This document shows, piece by piece, positions 36,900 through 49,414 of a stretch of DNA of 64,000 nucleotides. The stretch spans positions 34,242,728-34,306,727 of the forward strand of contig NC_081370.1 of NCBI RefSeq assembly GCF_030684315.1, read 5' to 3'. Position 1 is the first letter of the stretch; each line of letters begins with the position of its first letter. Position numbers and translations under genes: made by a program. The DNA is from Stegostoma tigrinum (Eukaryota). The notes beneath the pieces are model-generated. The model had not been told where the DNA came from. It saw only the letters and a list, made by a program, of their open reading frames with translations, and did not search any database.

Positions 36900-38010
36900 A
36901 AGCAGGATGTAGTGTGGAGGAGTGTATTGTCACCCAGTGTGCAAATGGATTTTTGGCAGTGGAGGAAGGTGTTCCTGACTAGCTGCCACATGGCAGCTTG
37001 TGCACTCATGTGGCTGGAGAGCTTTAAAGCTATTTCCATTACGGGGTTGCTCCTGTCATTGTCATTGTATAAGCCACAGCCCGTTTTCACTCCAGTTGTT
37101 GCTGCCAGGATGGTACCCTGGTGTTGGCCCCTTTTTCCAAACTTCCAAATGAAATGGCTGGTTCTTCTGCAGTTGTAATGCAGATTGGGCTTGGAGTTTG
37201 TTTGTGGGAATTCGCTTCTTCTGGGCACAGGGGATTAATATGGAGGGGTGAGTCTGTCTGGGGCCCCTGAGTGTATTACTGGCCCTTCGTTCATCCTTCC
37301 CAGTTGGACTCCAGAGCGTGCATATGTGTGTGGGCTCTGGTTTCGGCTGTGGGCTGGGGATGCAGTTGAAGATGCCATCACCAGGGAGAAAGGTGGCAGG
37401 TTTATGGGGCGGAGGCAGATTGGGTGTGGATGCGTCAGTGAGGGTCTCCTCATTAACTCCCTGAGGAGGTACGACTGCAAAAGGGCACATTATCCCATTC
37501 TGGGCAGAGGCCTGGTTCACTAATGCTTGTATTTGTTCCTGGCACTTTGAATGCTCCATACTGGGAGGCGAGATGTGCATTGCTATGCATTGCGGGCTAA
37601 GAGAAACTGCACAGCTACTTGAAACTCTCATACTACTATTCTAGCCTGTCAATGTATGATGAGGCTGCTTCCTGTCACCCAATGACTCAAATGTCACTAG
37701 AACATGCTGTTTCAATTTGTGACTGGAACAATCCGATATGGATCGTGTTTTCCTGTTTTCTGGTATCCCGCTGTTTAACTACAAGTTTTCAATTCATCAG
37801 TAGTGATTTCTAAATGCTCCTGCAGTGATCTAATCTCAGGTGGTCAGCTGTGGGGAATCTTCTAGGCTACATACAATTGCTGTTGCTGTGGTTATCTTAG
37901 TCGCTTTCTTTCGTCATTTGTTACGTGTTTGTTGACATATGCCTTAAGCCACAGAGCCCATGGTCCAGGGCCAGTCCGGCTCCTACAAATTTCAGTCCAT
38001 TTGAGCCATT
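36900..38010 (-). pseudogene. gag relic with degenerate zinc knuckle
   Basis: LHYNCRRTSHFIWKF (decayed CX2CX4HX4C) at ~37140-37185, preceded by Pro-rich frames. Confidence 0.5.
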
Positions 38011-39225
38011 TTATAAAAAGACACTGTCTGAGTGAGTCAGATGGAGGTCGGGGGGGTGGGGTGGGGGGAGGTGGTCTACTCGTCCCATGTTGCTAGGAAG
38101 TGTGTTAGTGTCCTTTACTGGATTTCACTTTCATGGGAAACAGCTGTAGTTGGGGGTAAGGCTTCGGCTAAATTGTTATTGCAGCATCTCAAATTCGTAG
38201 ATGTACAGAACTAAAGCACAGTGACCTCTTCTAACACTATGCAAAACTAGGTCTTAACTCTTTCTCTTGTCCTGAAGTAGAATTCCTCACACCCGTGTTA
38301 CAGCTCTGACCCTGGGTCCTCAACTCAGTCTCTGGCTCCTTGCTGAGCTACAGGTCCCTGGTTCTCTACCCAACTTCTTTTACTCCGGACCCCAACCCAA
38401 TCTCAGGCTCCATGTTCCAGGTACTCTTTAAAACACCTAGCAGTCAGTTTGATTAGGGTAGTAGGCTATGTAAGGGTGCCAACAGCAGCCAACATCTCTT
38501 CTACTCTGAAACAGAAAAGTAACATTTCCTCAACTCTTTGGAACTCAAAGGTCCCTCAACTCTCTCGAAATCAAGTTCCTTTGACTCTGAAAACAAAGAA
38601 TGACTTTCCCTCAACTCTATCTCCACCAAACACTCTTGGGGAGGGGACAATTTGTTGTTGAAATACAGAACTACCTTTCTTCTACTCATTTGAACTCACA
38701 GTAAACTAAAAATCAAATCCCCTCAGCTCCAACGCCATTGAATGCTCCAGATACAGGGACAACAAGGATTTAAAATTAAAAAGAATATTTCTTCTACTTA
38801 TTGGAGCTGAAAATGAATAAAATAAAGCTCCCTTCACACTGATCCCTTAACCACATTGGGGACAAGGACAGGAGGTGGTTAAAATAAAAGCTGCCTTGGT
38901 TTTTTCAAGGTGTCCAAAAAGACCCCAGGGTTTCCACTCAAGAGGCAAACACCTGTCCCCCCTCAGGCTGACATCCTTACAGTCCCTCTACACTCTACTA
39001 CCCTTTTCCAGTTCCTGCTTTAGTCAGTCTGGCTAGAGAAAACTTGGCTGGTTGGTCAATTTCTGGTCGGCTACCTGTATCCTCAGATACTCACTTGAAT
39101 CCTGGTGTTCATGTGGGTTATTTACCCTCTTAATGCAGCTCATGCTAAATTCTGAGGATACAAGGATGGTATTGACTTCAAACATGAGTTCGACTTTGGA
39201 GGACCTGACAGTCACTTATCTAAAG

Positions 39226-39240
39226 CATCCAGGGATGCCA
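39226..39240 (-). promoter_or_regulatory. Primer-binding site, tRNA-Asn type
   Basis: Minus strand TGGCATCCCTGGATG, 2 nt inside the 5' LTR; 13/15 match to TGGCGTCCCTGGGTG, the complement of the vertebrate tRNA-Asn(GTT) 3' end. Confidence 0.7.
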
Positions 39241-41006
39241 AATGTTGTCAAGTTCCTCCTGAGATTAGACAATTCCAACCAGCACGTTGTGAATATATTC
39301 ACCTAGGTGCCTCACAATACCAAAGTGGTCAAATCACTACGAACACAAGCTGGTACCAATGTAAAACAGTCCAAACTCTATTAGCAAATGTTCCAATAGT
39401 CCATAACACTAAACATATGCACTCTAATCTTATTCACCCCCTTAATCTTACAATACTCCCCAAGTCTCTTGTGGATTTGCACAGTCACTTTCTCTCTGCC
39501 TCTGTACTGGGCCCATGAAAATGCTTCCTTTCTCCCCCTCTCTCTCTTTCTCTCTCTCTGAATGGTCAACTAGTCTCTGCTTCTTGCCATGTGGTCTCCT
39601 CAGATGGCCTCCAGAAGATTCAAGAATGTGGTCTTTGGATGAGCCTTTTATGACACCTTTTTACATGGTTTTCCTGGAACTTTCTATCATTGAGGACAAT
39701 CAGGGAGACTCAATAGTTTGAAATAATGTCAATCATTTGCATGGAATGCTACTGTTTATTTCATTATGTAGCAGGACCAACTGCCTTTGTCTGGGCTGTC
39801 CTTTGGTTAGCAGATAAGTTGTGGATATGTCAGTCCAGGATACTTTTCCTTTTACAATATGCTAATGACACTAGCAGCTGGCTGTGGTGTTTGTTCCGTG
39901 TCTGTTGTGTGGGTTTCATTGTTTCAGAGTTTTACTTGTCCAACGTGCCCAGCAACCCTTGCTGTTTGGTCAAGTTAGTATCTATCTGTGTTTTAGCAGC
40001 CGGGAAGCTGCCGGTTATGTTGTGTGGATCTATGAATGATGCTCACCCTCCTTCCCTCGCTATTTGTCTTTCTTATTGAAAAAAACAAGATAAAAATGCT
40101 GATCAAGGTAATGTGAAGCACCTTGAGTAATGAATGATTTCTTGATATATTCCCACATTTGGTTTGGTTTTATTTTCCCTGATACTCATGATCCTACTTT
40201 TATTAATTTTCTCTCTGCACTGGCCACAGCATTTCATTAACTCTGTCGTACCTTAGTGACCAAGAAATGTAGGTCTTCTCTGAACAGCAGACCATTAAAA
40301 ACCTCAGCTGATTTGTAGTCTTTCCTTAGCGAAGCCACCCAAATTAAAATATTCAGAGATAGTAAGAACTGCCGATCCCCCAGCTCCACCCCGTGTTATC
40401 CCAAATTGAAGTGTTACCCTGGCAATTCAAGTGGAGCAGAGCATTTCAATTAAGGTTCTACGAGAAGTGACCACACTGATTCCTGCCATGATTACAGCAT
40501 ATTCATCACCATCAACTGAGCAAGGAGATAGGGGTATACACGAGAAATAGCTACACGACTGTACGTACAAGGTGAAAATAAAACGTGGATTTAAATTGGA
40601 GTTATAGTTTTATTCACTAACACTGCAGTTTGAACAGTGTGGGGTACATTGCACAGCTCTCCGTGCAAAGTCTATGGAACCTGTGTGACTCTCCAAATAT
40701 ATGACCTCCTGGGCGAAAGTGGGCTGCTGTCGTTCGTTTAAGGCTGTATTTAGAAATCGATTTTTAAAACCCTGTTTACCGGCTAGTTGCTTATCGAATG
40801 AGTTCAAAATTTCGATTGGTTGTTCATGCGCAAAAAAAGTCGTGTAAAATTCTGAACAGTCTCTCCGCTTAGGTATAAACACCTTTTTTAAAAAAAAACC
40901 TCTGTTTTCGAATAAAATCTGTGTCAGTGTGTGGCGATCCAGTGTTTTAATCTGATATTGCTGGAAAGTTGTCCTTTGATTCCATAAAACTGGGCGTGAA
41001 TCGATT

Positions 41007-41021
41007 AAGCGAAAGTGAAAT
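41007..41021 (+). promoter_or_regulatory. ISRE/IRF-E element upstream of the IgSF gene
   Basis: AAGCGAAAGTGAAAT (GAAANNGAAA core) ~75 bp before the ATG, in a locally CpG-enriched region; inverted CCAAT at 40815. Confidence 0.62.
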
Positions 41022-41091
41022 TAATCGTCTAGTTTGGAAGTCTGAAGAATCTATTCCCTGGATTTAAAAGGAAACTTTCTAGTTTAAAAGG

Positions 41092-41143
41092 ATGGGAATA
41101 TCACTTTTCTGTGTCGTCATCGTACTTTTCACTTCATTAATAG
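41092..41143 (+). CDS. B7-H6/NCR3LG1- or tapasin-like IgSF gene, exon 1 (signal peptide MGISLFCVVIVLFTSLI)
   Basis: AGGATGG Kozak context, hydrophobic leader, phase-1 donor AG|GTAAGA. Confidence 0.85.
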
Positions 41144-41469
41144 GTAAGAATATGAGTTTTGGTGTCTCCTGGTCCTTAAGCGTTGGAAACCCTAAACACG
41201 TACATGTCAGGTCAAACCTCCAACTTTAATTCTGCTTCAGGCCAATAGGCGGGGAGGGTTTTTAAAAACATTCTGCTGTATTGCGTGGATTTAGCCTTTA
41301 ATGACGATGTTTTACAACGCTTTTCAAAATATTTGTAGTCGTGATATTTATTTGAATGCCAACTGTGAAAAGGTTGTGCAGCTTGATTCTTAACTGACCT
41401 TTCTGTATCAGAATAAATACTTGGCTGTGTGTGAGAGAAGTGATAAAACCAGTAACTGGTTTTGTTGGG

Positions 41470-41594
41470 TGAGTGATAATGGGAACTGCAGATGCTGGAG
41501 GCCCTCTGATGAAGGGTCTAGGCCCGAAATGTCAGCTTTTGTGCTCCTGAGATGCTGCTGGGCCTGCTGTGTTCATCCACCCTCACGTTTTATT
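41470..41594. mobile_element. Short Penelope pLTR insertion in intron 1
   Basis: TSD AACTGGTTTTTGTTGG on both sides; CTGATGA...GAAATGTC core. Confidence 0.85.
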
Positions 41595-42099
41595 AACTGG
41601 TTTTGTTGGTAAATCTCTTCAGAGGGGTGTATCTTCCTAGAAAAACGTATTGAGGTGAAGGCGGTTCAGCTTCCAAAACGGAAGTTTCAGCTTTGTGTGC
41701 GGTCACCTTGCTTTCAATGTGTCCATCTGTACATATCCCTGAAACAAACACAAAGCGCGCTGGTTAGCAGTGTAGCAGCATTTGTGAAGCGACAACCCCG
41801 AGTTCAAGTCAGGTGTGAGTCCTCAGAACTGATTTTCTTTCGAGGGACATCACTGCAGTGATTTATCCTAATATCCCGTTTGACAAACCGAAGACGCAAA
41901 TGCAATGATTCAAAGTCAGTTGAATTTTGGGGAAGAAACGATGTTAAATTGTTTATCTTATTTTTTGCATTGACTCTGTGGCTCCGTGATTTCCGGACGT
42001 GTTGTACTCGTTCTACAAATTTGAAAATGACCAGCTAGGAGCAGCCCTTTGAGACTTCTTCACCGTTTAATACCTTCAAGGTTGAACTGATTGCTGCTT

Positions 42100-43100
42100 T
42101 CTTGAAATATAATGAGAATATATCCAGGTTTTCTTCTATCTGCAGTAGAACTTCTTCACAGAAGCCCAATACATTTGTTAAACACGAATTCTCGTTCACG
42201 AAATCTTGTTGACTCCGAGATAACAAAGTGTAGAGCTGGATGAACGCAGCAGGCCAAGCAGCATCTCAGGAGCACAAAAGCTGACGCTTCGGGCCTAGAC
42301 CCTTCATCAGAAAAGAGGGATGGGGAGAGGGGGAGGCGGACCGAAGATGGATAGAGGAGAAGATAGGTGGAGAGGAGATGGACAAAAGAGTTGAAGTGGG
42401 AGAGAGATCCCCTGAGGTTTGTCTGGAGGAAGGAGGGTAACTTCTTAAGATTAGGCATCCCTGGAAGAGGCTTCGCAGTGAAGTTAAAATTGTATCAGAG
42501 ATAATGGAAACTGCAGATGCTGGAGAATCCGAGATAACAAAGCGTGGAGCTGGATGAACACAGCAGGCCAAGCAGCATCTTAGGAGCACCTACGTTCATC
42601 CAGCTCCACACTTTGTTATCTCGGATTCTCCAGCATCTGCAGTTCCTATTATCTCTCTCTCTTGTTGACCCTGTCTGATTGACTTGAACTTTCCTAAAGG
42701 ATCCTGCTGTAACTTCAGTAATACCTTATTATCTTCCCCATCATAGATGTTAAACCAATTGCCCGGTAATTTTCCGTCTTACTCTCTTTTAATAAAGGAG
42801 TTACATTTGCATTCCCAGTCTAATGGAATATATCCTTAAGTTAGGAAGTCTCAGCATTTCAATATATCATATCATATCATCAATATCACTAGCTGCTTAA
42901 GGCCAAAGTTTGACGTACTAAGGAGACCGGGGCATTTCAGCCCCCAGTTTCAACAATTTGCTGAGTACCATTTCCCTGGCAACTGTAGTTTTCTTGAGCA
43001 CCTTTGCTCCTTTCCATTTGCTGATCTGCAGATATTTCTGGGTGTTGCTCATGTGCTGTGCAATGAAGACCAATTGCAAAATAGCTCTTGGGTTAATCTA
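42100..43100 (-). mobile_element. Old CR1 RT fragment split by a Penelope pLTR cluster (~42218-42659)
   Basis: Minus-strand SQQDFVNENSCLTNVLGF; TCTTGTTGAC duplicated around the Penelope part. Confidence 0.7.
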
Positions 43101-43551
43101 TCATCTCTTTTATTATCCATTATTAATTCACCGGATTTACTTTATCTCAGATCAATGTTCACTTTGTTAACTTTTTACTTTTGAAAATATCTGTAAAGTA
43201 TTGGTATCTATCGTTAATTCTTGATCACTTTCTTTCCATTTCTAATTTTCTCTTGTATTGTAATGTTTAACCTAACTTTCTCATGGACTCTACTTTCCCC
43301 TTCCTTACTAACTTCTCAATCATTCTTTGCATTTTTTAAAATATTCTGCCTGTGCATCTGATTTGCCAATCAACTTTGAGCAGTTGTATGCTTTTACTTA
43401 ATGTTTGTTTTTTTTCAGTTAACCAAGGATGGTGTGTCTTCGTTTGAAATTTGTCCATCATGTTGAATGTAACTATCCTCTGGATGTATTCTCTTAAATG
43501 TTTGTCACTGCATTTCAATTGCCATATCGCTTAACCTATTTTGCCAGTTTA

Positions 43552-43800
43552 GGTTAGAATCACTCCAGTGAAGAAGCAGGCCGTTCAGCCCTTCAAAGAG
43601 GCTCCCACCCAAGCACATCCTAACCCCATCCCAGCAAACCCCATGGCTAATCCACCTAGTTGACTTTTTCCTGGACACTGAGGGCAATTTTGGATGGCCA
43701 ATTCACCTAACATGCACATCGTTAGACTGGGCTTGAATCAAACCCAGGTCCCTGATGCTGTGAGGCATCAGTGATAACCACTGAGCCTCCATGCCATCGT
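43552..43800 (-). mobile_element. HE1-type SINE, internally deleted
   Basis: Minus strand begins GGCATGGAGGCTCAGTGGTTATCACTGATGCCTCACAGC and ends in a CR1-like tail. Confidence 0.75.
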
Positions 43801-43914
43801 TATATTAACTACCTCTAATTTCATGCCCTCGTAGTTGCTCCTAACCATGTTTAACGTATTTGCCTTGGACCACCTCTTATCCCCTTCAAACTGAAAATAA
43901 CATTCAATCATATT

Positions 43915-45292
43915 ACAGGTCTGGCAGTACCTGTGAAGGAGAAAACAGAGTTAACGTTTCGGGTCCAGTGGCCCTTCCTCAGAACTGCGGACTGCATCTC
44001 TCATGTTTCCCGCAACTCATCCCTCACACCCCCTCCATGCAATAGCAACAAAAACAGAATCTCCCTCATCCCCACCAACCTCCGGATTCAACACATCATC
44101 CTCTGCCACTTCCGCCACCTGCAATCTGCCCCCACTACCAAGGACATTTTTCCCTACCCACCCTTATCTGCCTTCCAGAGGGACCGCTTCTCCCTGACTG
44201 CCTTGTCTGCTCCACACTCCCCACTACCCCCACCACCCCTGACACTTCTCCGTGCAACCGCAGGAAGTGCTACACCTGCCCCTACACCTCCCCCCCTCAC
44301 CCACATCCCAGGCCCCAAGAAAACCTTCCACATTAAACAGATGTTCATCTGCACATCTGCTAATGTTGTATATTGCATCCACTGTTCCCGATGTGGCCTT
44401 CTCTACACTGGGAAAACCAAGCAGGAGGCTTGGAGACTGTTTTGTGGAACATCCGGGTGCTCTGGTTTCCTCCCACAGTCCAAAAATGTGCAGGCTAGGT
44501 GGATCAGCCATGCTAAATTGCCCATAGTGTTCAGGGGTGTGTGGGTTATAGGGGCATGGGTCTGGGTGGGATGCTCCAAGGGGCGTTGTGGACTTGTTGG
44601 GCCAAAAGGCCTGTTTCCACGCTGTAGGGAATCTAATCTACGTTTGGTTCATGACAAACGACTGCACCTCCCAGTCGCGAGCCACTTCAACTTCCCCTCC
44701 CACTCCTTGGACAACATGTCCATCCTGGGCCTCCTCCAATGCCACAATGATGCCCACCCAACGGCTGCAGGAACAGCACCTCATATTCCGTTTTGGGAAC
44801 CCTGCAGCCCAATGGTCTCAATGTGGACTTCACAAGCTTCAAAATCTCCCCTTCCCCAAACTTATCCCAAAACCAGCCCAGCTCGTCCCCGCCTCCTTGA
44901 CCTGTCCGTCTTTTCTCCGACCTATCCACTCCTCCCAACTCACTGACCAACCCCCACCCCCACTTCCTACCTATTAGCCTCTTCCCAATCTCCTTGACCT
45001 GTCTGTCTTCCCTCAAATGACCAACCCCCAATCCAACTCCCTTCTTCCAATCACCTTTACTGGCTCCATCCCCACCTCCTAGACCTGCCAGTCTTCCCTC
45101 CACCTATCTATTCCTTTATCTATCTTCCATCTTCGCCACCCTCTCTCTCTATTTATTTGAGTCCCCTTCCCCTCCACCATTTCTGAAGAAGGGTCCCGAC
45201 CCAAAACGTCAGCTTTCCTGCTCCTCTGATGCTGCCTGGCCTGCTGTGTTCATCCAGCTCCACACCTTGTTCACTCAGATTCTCAGTTCCTA
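43915..45292 (+). mobile_element. 5'-truncated Penelope-like element (GIY-YIG endonuclease) with a 5'-truncated HE1 SINE inserted at ~44452-44640
   Basis: FICTSANVVYCIHCSRCGLLYTGKTK...PVASHFN; pLTR at ~45180-45290; inverted terminus at ~43915-43985. Confidence 0.88.
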
Positions 45293-45297
45293 CTATC

Positions 45298-45835
45298 TGG
45301 AAGTAGAGACGTTGTCGTCTTTTCTTGACTGTCGCATCAACGTGGACTATCCTGGACAGGTTATTGGTGATCATCACTCCTCGGAGCATAATGCTCTTGA
45401 CCATTTCCACCTCAGCACCATTGATGTAGACAGGCCGTGCCCTTCACTTTGCATCCTGAAGTCAATGACCAGCAGTTTTATTTTGCTGATGTTGCGGGAG
45501 AGATTGTTATTTTTACAATGCACCACCAAGCACTTAATCTCTTTCCTGTGTTCTGTCTCGTTGTTGTTTGTGATCTGGTCTGCAATGGTTGTGTCATCAC
45601 CAAACTTGTAGATGGAATCAAGATGAAATTTGGATAGACATTAATGAGCGTACAGGGAATATAGTATGGTGCTGAGTATGCAGCCTTGCAGGGAGCTGGT
45701 TCTGAGGATTATCATGGAGGAGGTGTTGTTGCCTATTTCTATGTGAATCAGGAGTTAAGGATCCAGTTGCAGAGGGCAAAACAGAGACCTAGCTCTGAGT
45801 TTGAATATTAGTCTGGTTGGAATTATAGTGTTGAA
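45298..45835 (-). mobile_element. Rex1/Babar-like LINE RT fragment
   Basis: GVMITNNLSRIVHVDATVKKRRQRLYF, the C-terminal RT signature. Confidence 0.62.
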
Positions 45836-46278
45836 AGCCTAGGAGGAGAATACCTGGAAATCTTGTGAGAAAGACATAGTTTCAAAAACGCTTGTTGATT
45901 GAAACTGATTAGACTTATGCTGAGTGGATTGCCAAACCAATTCCTAACTTCTGACACTGTCTTTAATATATAATTTATAGTTTATAACCAGCCATAAGTT
46001 GTCTGTTACTTCACATTGAACTGATACTGATTCTGGATATAGAGTGTAAGGGTTAATCAAAGGATTTGGTGTATACTTTGTTTGACTCCTGTATAGTAAA
46101 AATGCTTCTGTTTTAACCATGAACTCTCGTGAATCTGTGTGTTTTGAAAATTTCAGGGGTCTTTTTAGAAAATTGATACTGCTCCCTACTAAGATTGTAA
46201 CAATAATTCTCTATGTATTTGAGATACTGAGAAATGTTTATGCATATTACCGTTTTAAAATGCTAAATTATTTTGTAG

Positions 46279-46617
46279 GAGCTTTAGAAGTGGAGATATT
46301 TCCCTCACCACTGGAAGTTTTAGCAAATGAGGATGCTCTTTTAAAATGTGAATATAAAGAACCAGAACCTGACCTCTCACATGTAGCTGTTCGATGGGCT
46401 TTAACATCACAAACCATCCAGAAAGATGTGTATGTATTCAATGGAGGAAATCATCAACCAATCAGAAATGGAGCAAAGATTTTTGACAATGATTTACGGA
46501 AAGGAAATGCTTCCCTTTACCTTCCAAATGTGAAACTTTATGAAGAAGGAACATACACCTGCACTGTTTTTGTCACTCCCCATAGAGAAGAAAAGAGTTC
46601 AATGATGCGAGTATCAG
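46279..46617 (+). CDS. IgSF gene exon 2, V-set Ig domain
   Basis: LLKC...VRW...DLRKGNASLYLPNVKLYEEGTYTCTVFVTP, typical of B7-H6/tapasin V domains; TAG/GTAGG; 339 nt, phase 1-1. Confidence 0.93.
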
Positions 46618-47092
46618 GTAGGAGAGAGAACATCAATTTCAGCCCCATAACATGCAATTTTACTTACAGTGCTGGGTATTTACTGCTATATGCAAAAATG
46701 TTTATTTCAATCTTAACAACATCAGACTCCCAACTCTGCTGATGACTAAGTGAGCATACCAGTTAATAACAACCATCAAAATTGCAGTCTTCACAAAGCT
46801 AGCTGACCATGCTTGGGGCAGCAATAGTAAGAGGTATAAGAAAAAATGTGTGAAGAGAAACATTGCACATCAAAATCACACAAAAATCGCTCCACAACTA
46901 TGATAGGATCCTGTCATCTTCAACTTTCCATTCCACCAGTGTCCACATTCAACTGATCATCCTGCAGGTAAAAACAAATGAAAATAGCAAAGGGAGTAAA
47001 GAACTGAAGCAAAGCTACGTTCTCAGAGCAAGAATTAGTAAAATCCACAGTGATATATTAACAACTTTCATATTCTATTCTATTTTACACAG

Positions 47093-47407
47093 TCCAACCA
47101 AAAGTCAGCATGTCTAAACAAGAAATCAAAACTGAAAATGGTATAGAGCACTTCTTGGAGTGTGATGTTAAAGAATTTTATCCTAAACTGATCAATGTTA
47201 GTTGGTTCAAGTTATCAAATGGAAAAATGGAATATGTTTCAACAAACCATTCAACTAAGGATATCATTATGAACAGTGATGGAACATTCACTGTCTCCAC
47301 TAAAGTGAGAACTGAACCAATGTTGAATGAACAAACTGACTACAGATGTGTAGTGGAACATAAAACCATTTTCGACAATTTTACACTGGATGCTGACAGT
47401 GCTGCAG
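47093..47407 (+). CDS. IgSF gene exon 3, C1-set Ig domain
   Basis: LECDVKEFYPKLINVSW...NSDGTF...YRCVVEH; CAG/GTAAG; 315 nt, phase 1-1. Confidence 0.93.
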
Positions 47408-47514
47408 GTAAGACCTAGTGAGAGTACAGAGTTTGCTTATAATTTATAATTTTATAACCTTGTAGCATTGAGTTGTTTAGATGGCCTTTCCAGTTTTGTA
47501 ATTGCTCCCTTTCT

Positions 47515-47850
47515 TTTATTCACTCGTGGGATGTGGGCATTATTGACCAGGCCAGCATTCATTGCCAATCCCTAATTGCCCTGAGTGCAGTTAAGAGGCA
47601 ACATGTCACTGTGGGTCTGGAATCAAATGTAGGACAGACTGGGTAAGGATGGCAGATTTCCTCCTCTAGTGGACATTAGTGAACCAGAAGGGTTTTTTTT
47701 TGCAAAATTGGCAATGGTTGCCATTTGGTGACCTTTGGATTCCAGATTTTTATTAAGTTCAAATTTCACCATCCACATGGTAGGATTTGAATATATGTCC
47801 CCTCAACTTTAGTTTAAGGATCTGCAGTGAAATTATCACTTTGTCATTGC
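47515..47850 (-). mobile_element. SacSINE1/DeuSINE-like element
   Basis: GTGGGTCTGGAATCA...GGGTAAGGATGGCAGATTTCC...GGACATTAGTGAACCAGA (reverse complement of a Deu-like domain) plus a LINE-derived tail. Confidence 0.65.
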
Positions 47851-48519
47851 ATTCCCCTAAATTTGAATTTCTATCTTTCTACTTGCCATGCCCAGCTCTT
47901 CACAGATTAGTATCATCCCTATATAGGTCCCTGTTCTTTACATAGCAGAAGACGCCCGCATGCCACAGCACAATACACCAAAGCAAAGATAGGGAGTGTC
48001 GAGCAGACGTGCACCTATATTGTATCAACTTTGATCATTGATCAATGTTGTGTTTGGAATTCAAACTGCATTGATGCTACGCCTCATTTTATTGGAAAGT
48101 TTTCTTTGAAAATGTAAATTTTTATTGTTGGGGTTCCTGAAGAATTCTTAAGCAGGACATAGCTGCAACCTACTTCACTCATTTTCCAGTGTGGGCTCTT
48201 CCAGACAAGACTAGACCCTAAGCAACATACCCAAAAGCCCAGATTCCTGTTTTAGGTATCTGACTGGGATGACTGAAAAACAAGCCTCGTTAATTTAGCA
48301 TAAGGCTAAATGCATAAAAAATTAGTTTCAAGCTCTGCACAATGTTGAGCACATATCACATGTTTACATAAATTATTTCAGTTCAATCATATTTTCTTGA
48401 AAGTAAGTTGATCCGATTAACAGAACGGGACAATAAAGCTTCTAATGAATATGTACAAATGTTGCAATCTATTCGTTGTCAATTTTAGAAAGAGTTGTGC
48501 ATGTTTTCTACTTCAACAG

Positions 48520-48624
48520 ATAAAATACTGACTGTATACCAAATTATTGGAGGCATTGCTGGCTTCTGTGCACTATGTATAGGAGTTTGTGCAGGAATTT
48601 GTATCTGGTACAAAAAATCGAAAG
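48520..48624 (+). CDS. IgSF gene exon 4, transmembrane (DKILTVYQIIGGIAGFCALCIGVCAGICIWYKKSK)
   Basis: CAG/GTAAAG, 105 nt phase 1-1, hydrophobic run followed by a basic stop-transfer KKSK. Confidence 0.88.
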
Positions 48625-49116
48625 GTAAAGTCATTTTTATATTCATTGAGACTGACTGACTATATATTCTAAGAACTATTTTGTTATTAGAACGTTGCAT
48701 GGCACCTTGCCTGAAAATGCTGAATATTTGTCATAATGGTGGAAAGGGAATTGTTTTTTGACAAGTTACCATCTGTGGGCAGCTTTATTGTTCTGACAGT
48801 GGTTTTGACTAATATTGTTTGGTCCCGATTGTGATCATTATTGGTTTCACCGCAACGCTGTTTCATTACAAGTTACAGAGTCACACAGGTTACTTTGTAC
48901 ATGTGGAGCAATCCCGTTGGTCCCATTCACCTGCTAGATCCCTATAGATTTATTTCCCTGTACACATTATATTACTTGTTAAAATCATTGATTACCTCCA
49001 CTTCCATCAGACTGCTAGGGGTAAATTCCAGGCCATTTGTTACTCATTGCACAAAACAATTCCTTTCTTCATCTTCGCTGTATCTCCTACTGAAACCTGA
49101 AGTCTCTGTTATCTAG

Positions 49117-49308
49117 GATAACAAAGTGTGAAGCTGGATGAACACAGCAGGCCAAGCAGCATCTCAGGAGCACAAAAGCTGACATTTCGGTCCTGGACCC
49201 CCCTCTGATGAAGCTTTTGAGTTCCTGAGATGCTGCTTGGCCTGCTGTGTTCATCCAGTTTCACTCTTTGTTATCTTGGATTCTCCAGCATCTGCAGTTC
49301 CCATTATC
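49117..49308. mobile_element. Short inverted-pLTR Penelope derivative
   Basis: Inverted arms; TCTCTGTTATCTAG duplicated at 49103 and 49307. Confidence 0.85.
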
Positions 49309-49414
49309 TCTGTTATCTAGTCCTTGTGCAATCAAGTTTTCTTTATTCTATTGCAATTTCACAATTAAACATAACATTCTTAGTTTTCAACTCAAATCCG
49401 ATAATTATGATCTA

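Larger units (their letters stand above)
33998..40014 (-). mobile_element. Degenerate LTR retroelement/ERV (5' LTR 39243-~40014, 3' LTR 33998-34706) with gag and env relics; no pol seen
   Basis: Two homologous direct repeats starting TGTTG; PPT next to the 3' LTR; PBS next to the 5' LTR; CCHC-like and env-like peptides between them. Confidence 0.82.

Noticed and set aside
40780-40822. MHC-type SXY module around the inverted CCAAT
   Set aside because: X1/X2 match and spacing to the Y box are poor; only ATTGG is clear.
43933-44946. 337-aa ORF as a host gene
   Set aside because: Chance read-through of Penelope endonuclease plus an inserted HE1 SINE.
46279-47407. Rearranging Ig/TCR segment, or a firm NCR3LG1/TAPBP symbol
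   Set aside because: The V exon includes its own G strand and splices directly to C1, and I see no RSS. Orthology cannot be fixed without a phylogeny.
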